Assembly: GCA_965215265.1 (NCBI GenBank) | Contig: OZ244048.1 | Location: 2,784,001-2,848,000 of the forward strand | Length of the DNA: 64,000 nucleotides | Direction: 5' to 3' | Source: Candidatus Poribacteria bacterium | GTDB taxonomy: Bacteria; Poribacteria; WGA-4E; WGA-3G | Part shown: positions 27,147 through 38,390 of the stretch, in pieces | Layout: each line of letters begins with the position of its first letter | Numbering within the stretch: position 1 is the first letter of the stretch | Translations under genes and position numbers: made by a program | The notes under the pieces: model-generated | Told to the model about the DNA's origin: nothing | Databases searched by the model: none | Seen by the model: the letters and a program-made list of their open reading frames with translations, nothing else

Positions 27147-28381
27147 TGCGTAAGATGAATTTGCCAGAATACTTAGAAATTGGGGAAATTCCTGAGAGTT
27201 GGAAGGCTGTTCGATTAGAAGAAATCGCTGACGTGCGGGCAGGTGCAGCTTTTCCTAAAAAATATCAAGGGAATACACAAGGAAAATACCCTTTTTACAA
27301 AGTTTCAGACATGAATCTTATAGGAAATGAAACTTTAATGAGCGGATCAAATAATTGGGTAGAGGAAAATACAGTTCAAACTCTCAGAGCAAAATTATTT
27401 CCAAAAAATACAGTCATTTTTCCAAAAGTGGGGCAGACTATTCATACGAATAAAAAGCGGATGCTATCTCGCGATAGTTTAGTGGATAACAACGTGATGG
27501 GGGTAACGATTCGAGATTACGATCAATGTTTTCCTTATTATATGTTGTATTGGTTTGAATTTATTGACTTAGTTGATCTTTCTAATCCTGGTCCTCTTCC
27601 GGCAATTACGGCTACGACAGTAAAAAATACGAAAATTCCCCTCCCCCCACTGCCCGAACAACGCGCCATTGCCCACGTCTTACAGACAATCCAAGACGCT
27701 AAAGCGACGCGGCAACGCGAGATTGCATTAGCACGGGAGCATAAAGCAGCGTTGATGGATTACCTCTTTTCACACGGCACGACGGGGGAACCCCGCAAAC
27801 AGACAGAGATTGGGGAAATTCCGAAGAGTTGGAAAATTTTGCCCTTTGAAGCGTGTTTGAAAAAGCTTAAACCTAAGAAAGTGTCATCTATTCCGAAAAA
27901 AGACTATCAGACAGCCGGCGATTTTCCAGTCATTGACCAAGGGGCATCATTTATTTCAGGTTGGACAAACTCCGTTGAGTGTATCATTTTTGAGAACTTG
28001 CCTGTGATTATCTTTGGAGACCATACTCGCATTTTCAAATATGTTGATTTTCCATTTGCGATTGGGGCTGATGGAACGAAACGCCTCTATGCAAACGATG
28101 ATTTTTTGGATGCCCGCTTTTTCTATTACGCACTTGTGAATCTAAAAGTGCCGAATAAGGGATATAATCGACACTATAGGTATTTGCGAGAGTTTTCAGT
28201 TCCGTGTCCACCATTGCCTGAACAACGTGCCATTGCACAGGTTTTTCAGGCAATTGATGAAAAAATCGCAGCCCTTGAACAAGAAGTGATATATTTAGAT
28301 GAGTTGTTCTACGCTATGCTTGACGAACTGATGACAGGGCAGAGGACTGCTGTACCGCTGATCGATGCGCAGATTGTCTGA
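27146..28381 (+). CDS. hsdS: type I R-M specificity subunit
   Basis: Two TRDs flanked by repeated EIGEIP.SWK and PPLPEQRAIA segments. Confidence 0.93.
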   Translation: MRKMNLPEYLEIGEIPESWKAVRLEEIADVRAGAAFPKKYQGNTQGKYPFYKVSDMNLIGNETLMSGSNNWVEENTVQTLRAKLFPKNTVIFPKVGQTIHTNKKRMLSRDSLVDNNVMGVTIRDYDQCFPYYMLYWFEFIDLVDLSNPGPLPAITATTVKNTKIPLPPLPEQRAIAHVLQTIQDAKATRQREIALAREHKAALMDYLFSHGTTGEPRKQTEIGEIPKSWKILPFEACLKKLKPKKVSSIPKKDYQTAGDFPVIDQGASFISGWTNSVECIIFENLPVIIFGDHTRIFKYVDFPFAIGADGTKRLYANDDFLDARFFYYALVNLKVPNKGYNRHYRYLREFSVPCPPLPEQRAIAQVFQAIDEKIAALEQEVIYLDELFYAMLDELMTGQRTAVPLIDAQIV

Positions 28382-28474
28382 ACTGAACCTACATGCAAAA
28401 TTGATACCTATTTTTGCAATTTTGCATCTGATTAACGGCCGACAACGTGCCGCTAGTAAAATTCGAGGACAGTT

Positions 28475-31353
28475 ATGTCTGAACGTTCTGTAGTCCAGGA
28501 GCCGATGCTCAAATACGCTAATGAAATTGGGTGGGAGTCTATTTCTCTATCAGAAGCGATGTGCATGCGTGGCGGTGATAGCGCCGCGTTTTATTTTACT
28601 GATGTGCTGAAAGCACAACTGTTGAAACTCAACAGGGGCGTGGTAGACGACTCCAATTGCGCGGATGTTATGCGGCGGCTCGGTTTGCTTGATGCGACAC
28701 TTGAGGGAAATCAGCAGGCACTTTCCTGGCTGCGCGGGGAACAGTCAATTTTTGTTCAGAACGAAAACCGCGAGTGCAATGTCAGACTAATCGATTTTGA
28801 AAACCCGGACAATAACCTGTTTCATGTAACCGATGAATGGTTGCAGCAAGGCACCGTGCATCGTAACCGTGCCGATGTTGTGTTTCTGATTAACGGGATT
28901 CCGATGGTCGTTGTGGAAACCAAAAATGCTACGAAGGTAGATGGCTTGGCGACTGGTGTCGAACAAATTCGTCGTTACCACCGCGAAACGCCGGAGTTGT
29001 TTACCACAGCACAACTCTTCGGTGTCACGCAGCTGCTGGACTTTTTCTATAGCGTGACGTGGAACACGAGTCGTAAAAACCTGTTCAACTGGAAAACAGA
29101 CGAACCTACCAACTACGAGCAGAAGGTGAAGACGTTCTTTGAGCGAGAGCGCTTCCTGAAGGTATTGAAGGAGTCGATTATTTTCCAGAGCAAAGATGAT
29201 GCGTTGACAAAAGTAGTGTTGCGGCAGCACCAGACGCGTGCTGTAGAGAGGGTGATTGCGCGGGTTGCGGATGCGAACAAACGGCGTGGGCTTGTCTGGC
29301 ACACGCAGGGCAGCGGGAAAACCTTGACGATGATAACCATCGCGTCACAATTATTGCGCGGTGGACACCAAACCGAAAAACCGACTGTGCTCATGCTAAT
29401 TGACCGGAATGAATTGGAAAGCCAGCTCTTTAGAAACCTCACCGGTTACGGGATTACCACGTTTGAAGTCGCAGAAAGCAAGCGCGACCTGCGGGAGATT
29501 TTAGCGTCTGATTACCGGGGATTGGTTGTGTCCATGATTCATAAGTTTGATGGTATCCCGGCGAACATCAACCCGCGCGACGGTGTGACTGTGCTTGTTG
29601 ACGAAGCACACCGAACCACTAGCGGCGATTTGGGAAATTACCTGATGGCAGCCCTCCCGAATGCGACCTATATCGGTTTTACCGGCACCCCGATTGACAA
29701 CCTGTCACATGGCGACGGGACATTTAAGGTGTTCGGTGTGGATGACGAGCAGGGCTATCTGGATAAGTATGCGATCGCTGAATCGATTGAAGATGGGACA
29801 ACTGTTTCCTTGAATTACGCGCTCGCACCGTCTGATTTACAAGTGGATCGCGAAACATTGGAACAGGAATTTTTAAGTCTTGTGGTAAACGAAGGCATGA
29901 GTGATCTGGAAGAGCTCAACGCAATTCTTGACAGTGCTGTCCAGTTAAAAGCGATGATGAAGGCACCGGAGCGGGTAGATAGCATTGCTAAGTATGTTGC
30001 ACAACACTTCCAAAACACTGTAGAACCGATGGGCTTCAAGGCATTTCTGGTGGCTGTTGACCGGGAGGCGTGCGCGTTATATAAGCAGGCACTGGACAAA
30101 CATTTACCATCAGCGTATTCGGAGGTGGTCTATTCTCCATACCATCAAGATTCTGAGACGCTCAAGGCATATCACCACACCGCAGACGAAGAAAAGGAGA
30201 TGCGAAAACGATTCACAGACAAGAACGAGCATCCAAAAATTCTGATTGTAACCCAAAAGTTGTTGACCGGCTTCGACGCACCGATTCTTTACTGCATTTA
30301 TCTGGATAAACCGATGCGCGACCACGTACTGTTGCAGGCGATTGCCCGTGTCAACCGACCGTATGAGGACAAAGACGGCCTGGTTAAACCTGCCGGATTT
30401 GTCTTAGATTTTGTCGGCATCTTTGAAAACCTCGAAAGAGCACTTGCTTTTGATTCAGACATAGTGGAGAGCGTGATTCAGAATATTGAGGTCCTCAAAG
30501 AGGCTTTCGCCAAGCAGATGTGTGGAGATGCTGCGATATATTTACCGCTAGCCGCGGGTTGGGACGATAAAGCAAAAGAGCGAGCCATTACGCATTTTGA
30601 GGACAAGGACAGCCGAGAAACTTTTTTCAAATTCTTCAGGGGATTGCAAAACCTTTACAACATTCTTTCACCGGATGCTTTTTTACGTCCGTTTATAGAG
30701 GATTATCAGGCACTTGCATCCGTCTATGGCCTGATTCGTAACGCTTATGCCGACCGCATCTACACGTTGATAAGGAGTTAACCGCCAAAACACGTGAACT
30801 TTTACAAACGCATACAGAGAGCAATCTGTTTGAGTTACCAGATGCAGTTTATGAATTGAGCCCTGACACCTTGAGGGAAATTGATCAGAGCGATGCATCT
30901 GAGACGGTCAAGGTTTTGAATTTGCGGAAGGCCCTGCGGCAGACGGTAACGGACGAAAGTCAATCGAAGCCGTTTCTGACTTCGATTGGCGAACGTGCGG
31001 AGACAATTACGGCGGCTTATGAAAACCGTCAACTTTCGACACAAGATGTTTTGGCTAGGTTTATAGAGCTAGCCGAGAAGTATGCCCGTGCTGCAAGAGA
31101 ACGCGACCGGCTGGGCTTGGACGAGAACGCCTTTGCGGTTTATACGGTCCTCAAGGACGTTATGAAAGACGTTACCCCGGAACAAGCACGTGCCGTTAAT
31201 CAGGTGTTTACGCGATTTCCTGACTATCAGTGGAACAGCCACCAAGAAAGCGCGCTGCGGATGAGGCTCTATAGTACATTGAAACCTACAGTTGGAACAG
31301 AAAATCTGATCGAAACAACAAACAAATTGTTGAAGTTGGAACGAGTAAAGTAG
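28475..31353 (+). pseudogene. hsdR: type I R-M restriction subunit, frameshifted at about 30764
   Basis: Motifs RADVVFLINGIP..VVETK, HTQGSGKT, DEAHR and QAIARVNR. ATC TAC AC GTT GAT AAG joins the frame of ORF 30856..31353 once 2 nt are removed. Confidence 0.85.
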
Positions 31354-31368
31354 CAAGTACACGCAGTT

Positions 31369-31701
31369 ATGAACACCGGAAATGGCAACTTTAGGTGCGA
31401 GGTTATCGCGCCCGTCGATTTGAAAGGTGCAGCACGGGAGTGGGCAGAACGCCTCGGTGTGCCTGTACGGGAGATCCATTTCCGGGGTATGCAGCGGAAG
31501 TGGGCATCAATCTCTACGAATGGACGATTGACGCTCAACACGGACTTGCTCAATTTGCCGGCAACCTTATCAGAATTTGTGATTGTCCATGAATTGGTGC
31601 ATCTCCTTGTCCCGAACCACGGCAGGCTATTCAAGAGTTTCATGTGCGCTTACCTGCCCGATTGGGAAGAACGGCAGCGCTGTTTGGAATCTTTTGGTTG
31701 A
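31369..31701 (+). CDS. short YgjP/M48-like metallopeptidase domain protein
   Basis: MQRKWAS, VHELVHL and NHGRLF motifs; usual companion downstream of hsdR. Confidence 0.8.
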   Translation: MNTGNGNFRCEVIAPVDLKGAAREWAERLGVPVREIHFRGMQRKWASISTNGRLTLNTDLLNLPATLSEFVIVHELVHLLVPNHGRLFKSFMCAYLPDWEERQRCLESFG

Positions 31702-31755
31702 AAAGTTGCTTGAACGCACGGCTCGTTAATCGTTTCCTTTCGGTGATTCTCGGAT

Positions 31756-32436
31756 TCAACTCAGGTGTTGAACCCACTCCTTGATAATCCTCGCCATCTC
31801 TACGAAAACGTCCTCCGTCGATTTACGCGAGCGTTTAAGTACTTTGAAACCGTGGTCGGCAGTATCTAAGAGATGTAAAGTCGCGTTGCTGCCGAGTCTG
31901 TCACAGACAGGCACCAACAAGTCTCGTTCCGCCAACTTATCACGTGTCCCGGATAAAAAGAGCATCGGAACTGTCAGGGCATCTAGGTGCTCCGCGCGTT
32001 CTATGCCCGGTTTTCCGGAGGGGTGCAGCGGAAATGCGAAGAATACGAGCCCGCGTACGTGTTCAATTGGCGCTTCTGCTGCGGTGTGGGAGGACATGCG
32101 TCCACTATAGGAGTGCCCGCCGACAAGGAGCGATAATTCCGGTGCGGCCGCATGCGCTGCTGCTGCTGCTGCCCGGACGGTTGCTAACGCCACAGCTTGC
32201 GATTCCCGTCCGCCACCACCTCGTTCCATATACGGAAATTGGTAACGAAACGTGGCGATGCCGCTATCTGCTAAGCGTTCAGCAATCGTATGAAGGGTGC
32301 TATGGCGCATGTTTGTGCTCGCACCGTGTCCGAGAACAAGCAACCATGTTGCACTTTCCGGACGAATCAACAACGAAGAGACCTCGCCTTTTTCTTCGGT
32401 TGCAACGAACTTTGATTCAATTGCTTCATAACTCAT
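31756..32436 (-). CDS. alpha/beta hydrolase
   Basis: LGHGA, GGHSYSGR nucleophile elbow, GTRD and ADHGF motifs. Confidence 0.88.
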   Translation of the reverse strand: MSYEAIESKFVATEEKGEVSSLLIRPESATWLLVLGHGASTNMRHSTLHTIAERLADSGIATFRYQFPYMERGGGGRESQAVALATVRAAAAAAHAAAPELSLLVGGHSYSGRMSSHTAAEAPIEHVRGLVFFAFPLHPSGKPGIERAEHLDALTVPMLFLSGTRDKLAERDLLVPVCDRLGSNATLHLLDTADHGFKVLKRSRKSTEDVFVEMARIIKEWVQHLS

Positions 32437-32584
32437 TTTTTAAGCCTCTCAATTCTCTCCGCGTTCGAGGAGTGTGGAATTGCTCTGGCAGCCTATTAGG
32501 AACAGGCCTGCCGATGGTTGGGTTCTGGATAATCTCTCGGATAGCGAGTCTCCCGGCGCTGTGGAAACACGTGGCCCGGGGTGT

Positions 32585-33220
32585 TCATAACCTATTGGCT
32601 ACCCACCGGGTGCCGCGTCGGATAACCTCCTGAAAACTTGGGTTCTCCAGCACCGCCATATCGTGCCCGAGTGCAAAATAGAAGACTCGCCCTCGCCCAT
32701 ATTGATGGTGAAATGCCATGACGTGTGTCTCATCTTTTGTCGCATCGTAAGCGTGCATGAGGTGGTGCGAAGCCGCTGGATCATGGTTGAGGTAGTAGAG
32801 CTCATCCGTGACCTCAAAATCAGATAAGCCGTCCGTAATGGGATGCGTAGGATGACTGACGTTAACGGTAAAATCCATATAGGGGCTGTGTCCGTCGAAA
32901 AATCCGTTAAGCATCTCGTGATAGCCGGTACATTCCCGGAAAGAGGCAGCCGCGGTGTGTAATCCGAAAAACCCGCCGCCTGCTCGGATATAGTATAACA
33001 ACGCTGATTCTTGCACTGCGGTGAGCTCACCCACATCGGTATAGAATAGCACGCCGTGATACGCACTGAGCCCGGCCGCAAGTACATCGTAGCCTCGCGA
33101 AAACGTGGCATCAATATCGTCGGTATCGTTGAGTAGTGCGGTTAGGAACTGCCCGTTCCCGGCATGATCGTGATAGATACCCTCTGTTCCAACAAAAACG
33201 AGTAATTTAAGAGTTTCCAT
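32585..33220 (-). CDS. ThuA-like domain protein
   Basis: GGGFFGLH, HPITDGL..F...DELY and GRGRVFYFALGH motifs. Confidence 0.85.
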   Translation of the reverse strand: METLKLLVFVGTEGIYHDHAGNGQFLTALLNDTDDIDATFSRGYDVLAAGLSAYHGVLFYTDVGELTAVQESALLYYIRAGGGFFGLHTAAASFRECTGYHEMLNGFFDGHSPYMDFTVNVSHPTHPITDGLSDFEVTDELYYLNHDPAASHHLMHAYDATKDETHVMAFHHQYGRGRVFYFALGHDMAVLENPSFQEVIRRGTRWVANRL

Positions 33221-33343
33221 GTTCACCTCATATATGGATTGGTTGGCAAAACATCTCATGCGTTCTTCTGACGGGTTAGCTCCGTTTCACTTTTCTTAAC
33301 ACATGCGGTGCCAGGAGCCTGCGAGAAAAACGTAGAGATTCTG

Positions 33344-34369
33344 CTATGGCAGGACAAGTACCTTAACGGAGCCGTGCTCGTCGCGTCCGGCTGCAACAGC
33401 GAACGCTTGGTTAATCTCGTCCAAAGGAAAGCGGTGTGTTACTAAAGGGGAGGGATCCAATTTGCCGGTGGCGAGTAAATCGATGGCGACTTGGAATTCG
33501 GTTTGTCCGCCTCGCCGTCCATAGCAAAAGGACCAAATGACGGTGAGTTCTCGGCTGCGTGCGAACCGTTCAGAAAAAGTCAAGGGTGTGCGATGCCCGC
33601 CTACCATGCAAACGCGTCCGCGTTTTGCTGCGATTTCTGTAGCGCGTTCCAAGGTATTCGCTGTCCCGCCGACTGCTTCAAAGACGACATCGGCCCCCCT
33701 GCCATCGCTCCATTCCAGCACTGCTTCGACGGCATCCATTGTGTCGACGTTAATAGGCAGTGCTCCGACGGCTTGCTGCGCGATGTGTAAGGGAGCGTCC
33801 GGCTTGCCTAAAATGGCGATAGATGTTGCGCCGGCGATGTCCGCGACCTGCGCGATTGTCAATCCGACGGGCCCGCTGCCAATGATAGCGACACGCTCAC
33901 CGGGGGAGACCATCGCTCTATTCACAGCGTGGACTGCCACGGCGTAAACTTCAACCAATGCCCCGCCTTCAGTGGAGACATCCTCGGGTAAGAGGTAAGC
34001 GTTTGATTCCCGGGCTACCATGAATTCTGCAAATCCGCCGCCGCCGTGTCGCAATTGACTGCAGATATTGTAGTAGCCATTCATGCATTCTGGGCAGGTA
34101 TTGCATGGCGTAATCGGCTCGACGGCAACCCGTTGGCCTATTTTGGCACCACTAATCCCTTTCCCGATATCAATAATTTGCCCTACCAACTCATGCCCGC
34201 CAATGCGTGGAGCCGTTGGCTTAGGGGGTTGATGATGGTATCCATGCAAGTCGCTGCCACAGATACCAGCCGCTTCAACTTGCACGAGTACCTGTCCAAC
34301 GTCAGGTGTGGGCTCGGGAACCGTTTCGACCCTGATGTCTTTGCCGCCGTAAAACTGTGCTGCTTTCAC
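33344..34369 (-). CDS. zinc-dependent alcohol/sugar dehydrogenase (MDR family)
   Basis: GICGSDLH, GHE, C..C..C...C and GSGPVG motifs. Confidence 0.92.
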   Translation of the reverse strand: MKAAQFYGGKDIRVETVPEPTPDVGQVLVQVEAAGICGSDLHGYHHQPPKPTAPRIGGHELVGQIIDIGKGISGAKIGQRVAVEPITPCNTCPECMNGYYNICSQLRHGGGGFAEFMVARESNAYLLPEDVSTEGGALVEVYAVAVHAVNRAMVSPGERVAIIGSGPVGLTIAQVADIAGATSIAILGKPDAPLHIAQQAVGALPINVDTMDAVEAVLEWSDGRGADVVFEAVGGTANTLERATEIAAKRGRVCMVGGHRTPLTFSERFARSRELTVIWSFCYGRRGGQTEFQVAIDLLATGKLDPSPLVTHRFPLDEINQAFAVAAGRDEHGSVKVLVLP

Positions 34370-34406
34370 AATCGTTCTCCTCTGCCAAGGTTAGTCATCT
34401 AATTGC

Positions 34407-34484
34407 AATATAGCACACTGATAAAATGCTGTCAAGAGATTTTATAGAATTTTGCTTGACTTCGAAAGTAGAATTCCGTAAAAT
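34407..34484. promoter_or_regulatory. back-to-back divergent sigma70 promoters
   Basis: Minus: TTGACA-17-TATATT (34435-34407). Plus: TTGACT-17-TAAAAT (34456-34484). Confidence 0.6.
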
Positions 34485-34518
34485 TTAATAGAACGCGAAT
34501 CCAAAAAGAGGAGATGAA

Positions 34519-35577
34519 ATGCGAACAGTAAAATTAGGTTTAATAGGTGCGGGTGGTATCGCGCAAGCGCATTGCGGAACGCTTGCGAACATTGAAGGTG
34601 CGGAGCTTATCGCAGCGGCGGACCTGGTGCCAGCGAACTTGGCGCGTGCCAAGGAACGGTGGGGCATAAAACAGACATTTACCGATTACAATGAGATGCT
34701 CAAAATGGACGAAATTGAGGCGGTCTACGTCTGTACTCCGACCGGTGTGCATGCAGCGCCGACTGTTGCGGCGTTGAACGCAGGAAAACACGTTTTTTGC
34801 GAAAAGCCGATGGAGGCGACGTTGGACGCAGCGGCAGCAATGTGGCGTGCGTCACAAGAAAGCGGTAAGATTTTAATGGTCGGGCTCAAACTCCGTTATT
34901 CGGCCGAGGTCATCAAGGCGAAGGAGATTGTTGACGCTGGTACACTCGGCGATATCTACTACGTTGAAACCGTAGCAGATAGGCGGCGTGGCAACCCCGG
35001 TGGCAGTTTTATCCGTAAAGCGACAGCCGGTTTAGGCGCATCGGCAGACATCGGTGTTTACGCCTTGGATACCGCGCTCTATCTGATGGGACATCCAGCA
35101 CCGGTTGCTGTTTCCGGCATCACCTCAAATTATCTCAGTCTGCATAATACGTGGAATCCGGCCCTCCGGGAAACCGAAGTAGAAGATTTCGGAGTCGGCT
35201 GGGTCGTGTTTGAAAACGGTGCGCGCATGGTGTTCAAAACGTGCTGGTGCATGAATATGGACTCCCTCGGTGGCACGATTTTCCTCGGTAAAAAAGCAGG
35301 ACTCCGTCTCGGTATTGGTGAAGTGCGGGGTCCACAAGACGGCGTGCGGGTTTACGGCGACAAAGATGGCGACATCTACGATCAGGAATTTACGGAGTTT
35401 GACTCCGTTGACGTGTTTCGTGCGGAAGATACTGCGTTCGTTGACGCAGTGCGTGAGGGTAAACCTTCCCCTATAGATGCGTACGGCGTGATGCTCACCA
35501 ATGTTATCATTCAAGGTGTCATCGATTCTTCTGAGGCCGGCGGACGTGAAGTTGCAGTGGCGGTGCCGACATTGTAG
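34519..35577 (+). CDS. Gfo/Idh/MocA oxidoreductase
   Basis: GLIGAGGIA and AGKHVFCEKP motifs. Confidence 0.92.
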   Translation: MRTVKLGLIGAGGIAQAHCGTLANIEGAELIAAADLVPANLARAKERWGIKQTFTDYNEMLKMDEIEAVYVCTPTGVHAAPTVAALNAGKHVFCEKPMEATLDAAAAMWRASQESGKILMVGLKLRYSAEVIKAKEIVDAGTLGDIYYVETVADRRRGNPGGSFIRKATAGLGASADIGVYALDTALYLMGHPAPVAVSGITSNYLSLHNTWNPALRETEVEDFGVGWVVFENGARMVFKTCWCMNMDSLGGTIFLGKKAGLRLGIGEVRGPQDGVRVYGDKDGDIYDQEFTEFDSVDVFRAEDTAFVDAVREGKPSPIDAYGVMLTNVIIQGVIDSSEAGGREVAVAVPTL

Positions 35578-35611
35578 CCATTAACATTTCAGGGTTCTAA
35601 ACAGACCCAAA

Positions 35612-36792
35612 ATGGACACTCCGATGAGATGCCGCAGCGCCGGTTAAAAACAGCATCTATCAAAGGCTTCTAGCAATTTTAGTCATGGCGGTTTATACAG
35701 TAAAGATTCTCGTCAGTTTTTTACGTTCTTCTACAAGTAGGCGGCTGGATTGCTTTTGCGGGCTTAACTTTCGCTTTGTGGAAATTAGGTCCCCGCAACG
35801 GGTTTCAACGCGGAACATTGATTATCGCTCAACTGCTGCTGCTGCTGCTAACCTTTCTTACAATAGAGGTAGACGGACAGTCTTACTCCGACATTCTTCC
35901 CGGACTAGCGTTCATGTCATGGTGCCTCGGCTTACTTTTCATGGATGGTTTCCGAAATGGACAAGGCATTGGCAAAAAGTTACTCTCCTTACAAGTTATC
36001 CGGTTGAAAGATGGAAAACCGGGAACTCTCAAGGACTCTTTCATCCGCCGACTTACAGGTTTTTTCCAACCGTTAGACCTGATCTGGGGTTTTGGAAGAA
36101 AACGGCAGCGGATAGGGGATAAGTTCGCAGAAACGGTTGTTGTTAAATTAGAAGAAGAGTGGGAAGAGGCATCAGACGCAGAAGAAACCGAGGATGCCGA
36201 AAAGGTCTTAGAGGATGTCCTCCTTGGTATGAAAAACCAACTCGCTCAAGCAAAGCTGAAAGTTGATGCTTCAATAGCTATTGAAACACAGTTTCGAAAT
36301 GCGTACGAAGGTTCCCTCGCGCAAGTGAAGCAGTGTGAGGAGCGCGCAACGATTGCCATTCAGGCAGGACGCGAAGAATTCGCCCGGGAAGATTTGGCAC
36401 AGCGGAATGAACACCGACGATTGGCACATGAATATAAAACCCAATGGGAGGAACAGAAACAGGTTGTGCAGCATCTCCGAACACTCCTTGAAACCCTCGA
36501 GCAGAAGACCGCGGAAACCCAGAGAAAGCAGGATGTTATCATCGCACAACACAGAAACATAGATGCGCAAGAGCATCTCCGCCAAATGTTAACGGAACTG
36601 CAAGACAATCCCGCTTTGGAGAATCTAGAACAACTAGAGCAAGATGCTGCGGAGGCCACGCTCTTAGCAAAAGCGGCAACGGCAGCGGACCTCGATTTTC
36701 AGACAGAAAGACGCAACCAGGAGTTTGTAGACGCTGCTGATGAAGCGTCCATTGATAAGGAAATTGCTGATATAAAGGCGACATTGCAGTAG
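35612..36792 (+). CDS. RDD-domain/PspA-IM30 fusion; 5' end interrupted by indels
   Basis: RDD motifs GQGIGKKLLSLQVI and RQRIGDKFAETVVV; PspA-like coil (AIQAGREEFAREDL). The RDD start ASIK(R)LLAILV(D) is recoverable across frames at 35653-35690. The intact ORF runs from 35776. Confidence 0.7.
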
Positions 36793-36823
36793 GCATGGCT
36801 GAAGTGGCAGGATAGGTATCATC

Positions 36824-38326
36824 ATGGAAAAACAGAAATTGCCAAACATTGTCTTTATTATGGCAGACGATATGGGATACGGGGATGTCGGATGTTACAA
36901 TCCGGACTCGAAAATCCCTACCCCTAATATGGACAGGCTGGCTGAGGAGGGCATCCGTTTTACCGATGCACACTCCCCCTCCGCCGTCTGTACGCCAACG
37001 CGATACGGAGTCTTAACGGGGAGGTACTGCTGGCGGAGCCGCCTCAAACATGGCGTGCTTTACGGTTATGAACCGCCCTTAATAGAATCCGGGCGTTTGA
37101 CAGTGGCAGGTATGCTGAAAGATGCAGGGTACAACACTGCATGCATCGGCAAGTGGCACCTGGGGCTCGGTTTTTCGACGGTAGCTGGCTACGATTTCGA
37201 TTTCGAGGCACCGCTGCCGTGGCAGAATGCGGGCCGTGAGTTGGAGGAACATATCGACTTCACTGAACCGGTGACAGGCGGCCCCGTTGAGCTCGGGTTT
37301 GACTATTTCTACGGCAACTCTGGGTGCCCGACGTGTCAGCCACCTTACGGCTTCATTGAAAATGATAGGTTTGTGGAAATCCCAAACGAGTATCGCGACG
37401 TTGCAGAATTTACGAGTCGCCCCGGCATGACAGCACCGAATTGGGAACACAAAAACGCAGATCCGATTATTGCGCGAAAGGCAGTGGAATATATCGAGGG
37501 GCAAGCCGATGCAGAAGCCCCCTTTTTTCTTTATCTGATGCCATCTGCTCCGCATGAGCCTTGCACTGAGGCTGTAGTGCCAGAATTTGCACATGGCCAG
37601 AGCAGCGCGGGGCCCCGCGGGGATCTTGTCTGGCTTGTCGACTGGATGGTAGGACAGGTGATGGCGGCCTTGGAACGTACTGCAAAAACGGATGAGACGC
37701 TCATCTTTGTCACAAGCGATAACGGTGCCCTCCCCGGCGACCGGATCCAAGGCGATACAGGTCCGATGCCGTATCATCTCTATGAACATAAGTCGTGTGG
37801 GGATTGGCGGGGTTACAAGGCACATATCTGGGAAGGTGGGCATCGCGAACCCTTAATTGCACGCTGGCCGGGTGTTATCGCGCCGAATACGCAGACCGAT
37901 GCCTTAACCTGCCTGACGGATTTAATGGCGACGTGTGCTGCTGTTGTCGGAAAAGAGATACCTGAGGATGCAGGACAGGATAGTTGCAACATTTTACCGG
38001 CACTGCTAGGCAAGGAGACAGCACATCCGTTGCGAGAGACTATTGTACATCATTCCAGTACCGGCGTTTTTTCTATCCGACACAACGAATGGAAATTGAT
38101 TCTGGAGACGCAAGGGTCCGGGGGCTGGCCGCCACCCCGTGATGGGCATCCGACACCGGGAACGCCAGGGCAATTGTATCATATTTATGATGACCCCGGA
38201 GAAAGGAATAACCTATGGGAGGAGTCGCCGGAAATTGTGAGACAGTTGGAGGCGTTGCTGGAAAGATATAAAGAGCAAGGACATAGCAGATTTCACACGG
38301 TAAACAGTAATAGAATTATAGACTGA
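36824..38326 (+). CDS. arylsulfatase (Cys-type)
   Basis: PNIVFIMADDMG, CTPTR..LTGR and GKWHLG motifs. Confidence 0.93.
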   Translation: MEKQKLPNIVFIMADDMGYGDVGCYNPDSKIPTPNMDRLAEEGIRFTDAHSPSAVCTPTRYGVLTGRYCWRSRLKHGVLYGYEPPLIESGRLTVAGMLKDAGYNTACIGKWHLGLGFSTVAGYDFDFEAPLPWQNAGRELEEHIDFTEPVTGGPVELGFDYFYGNSGCPTCQPPYGFIENDRFVEIPNEYRDVAEFTSRPGMTAPNWEHKNADPIIARKAVEYIEGQADAEAPFFLYLMPSAPHEPCTEAVVPEFAHGQSSAGPRGDLVWLVDWMVGQVMAALERTAKTDETLIFVTSDNGALPGDRIQGDTGPMPYHLYEHKSCGDWRGYKAHIWEGGHREPLIARWPGVIAPNTQTDALTCLTDLMATCAAVVGKEIPEDAGQDSCNILPALLGKETAHPLRETIVHHSSTGVFSIRHNEWKLILETQGSGGWPPPRDGHPTPGTPGQLYHIYDDPGERNNLWEESPEIVRQLEALLERYKEQGHSRFHTVNSNRIID

Positions 38327-38390
38327 AGTTAACCAAAAGTCCACCAAAAGTCAGGGAACACAACTGCGAATTATACAAGGAGCCACACCG

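Noticed and set aside
31944-32633. 229-aa plus-strand ORF and the many other antisense ORFs in the track
   Set aside because: Shadow ORFs opposite well-supported genes, with no motifs.
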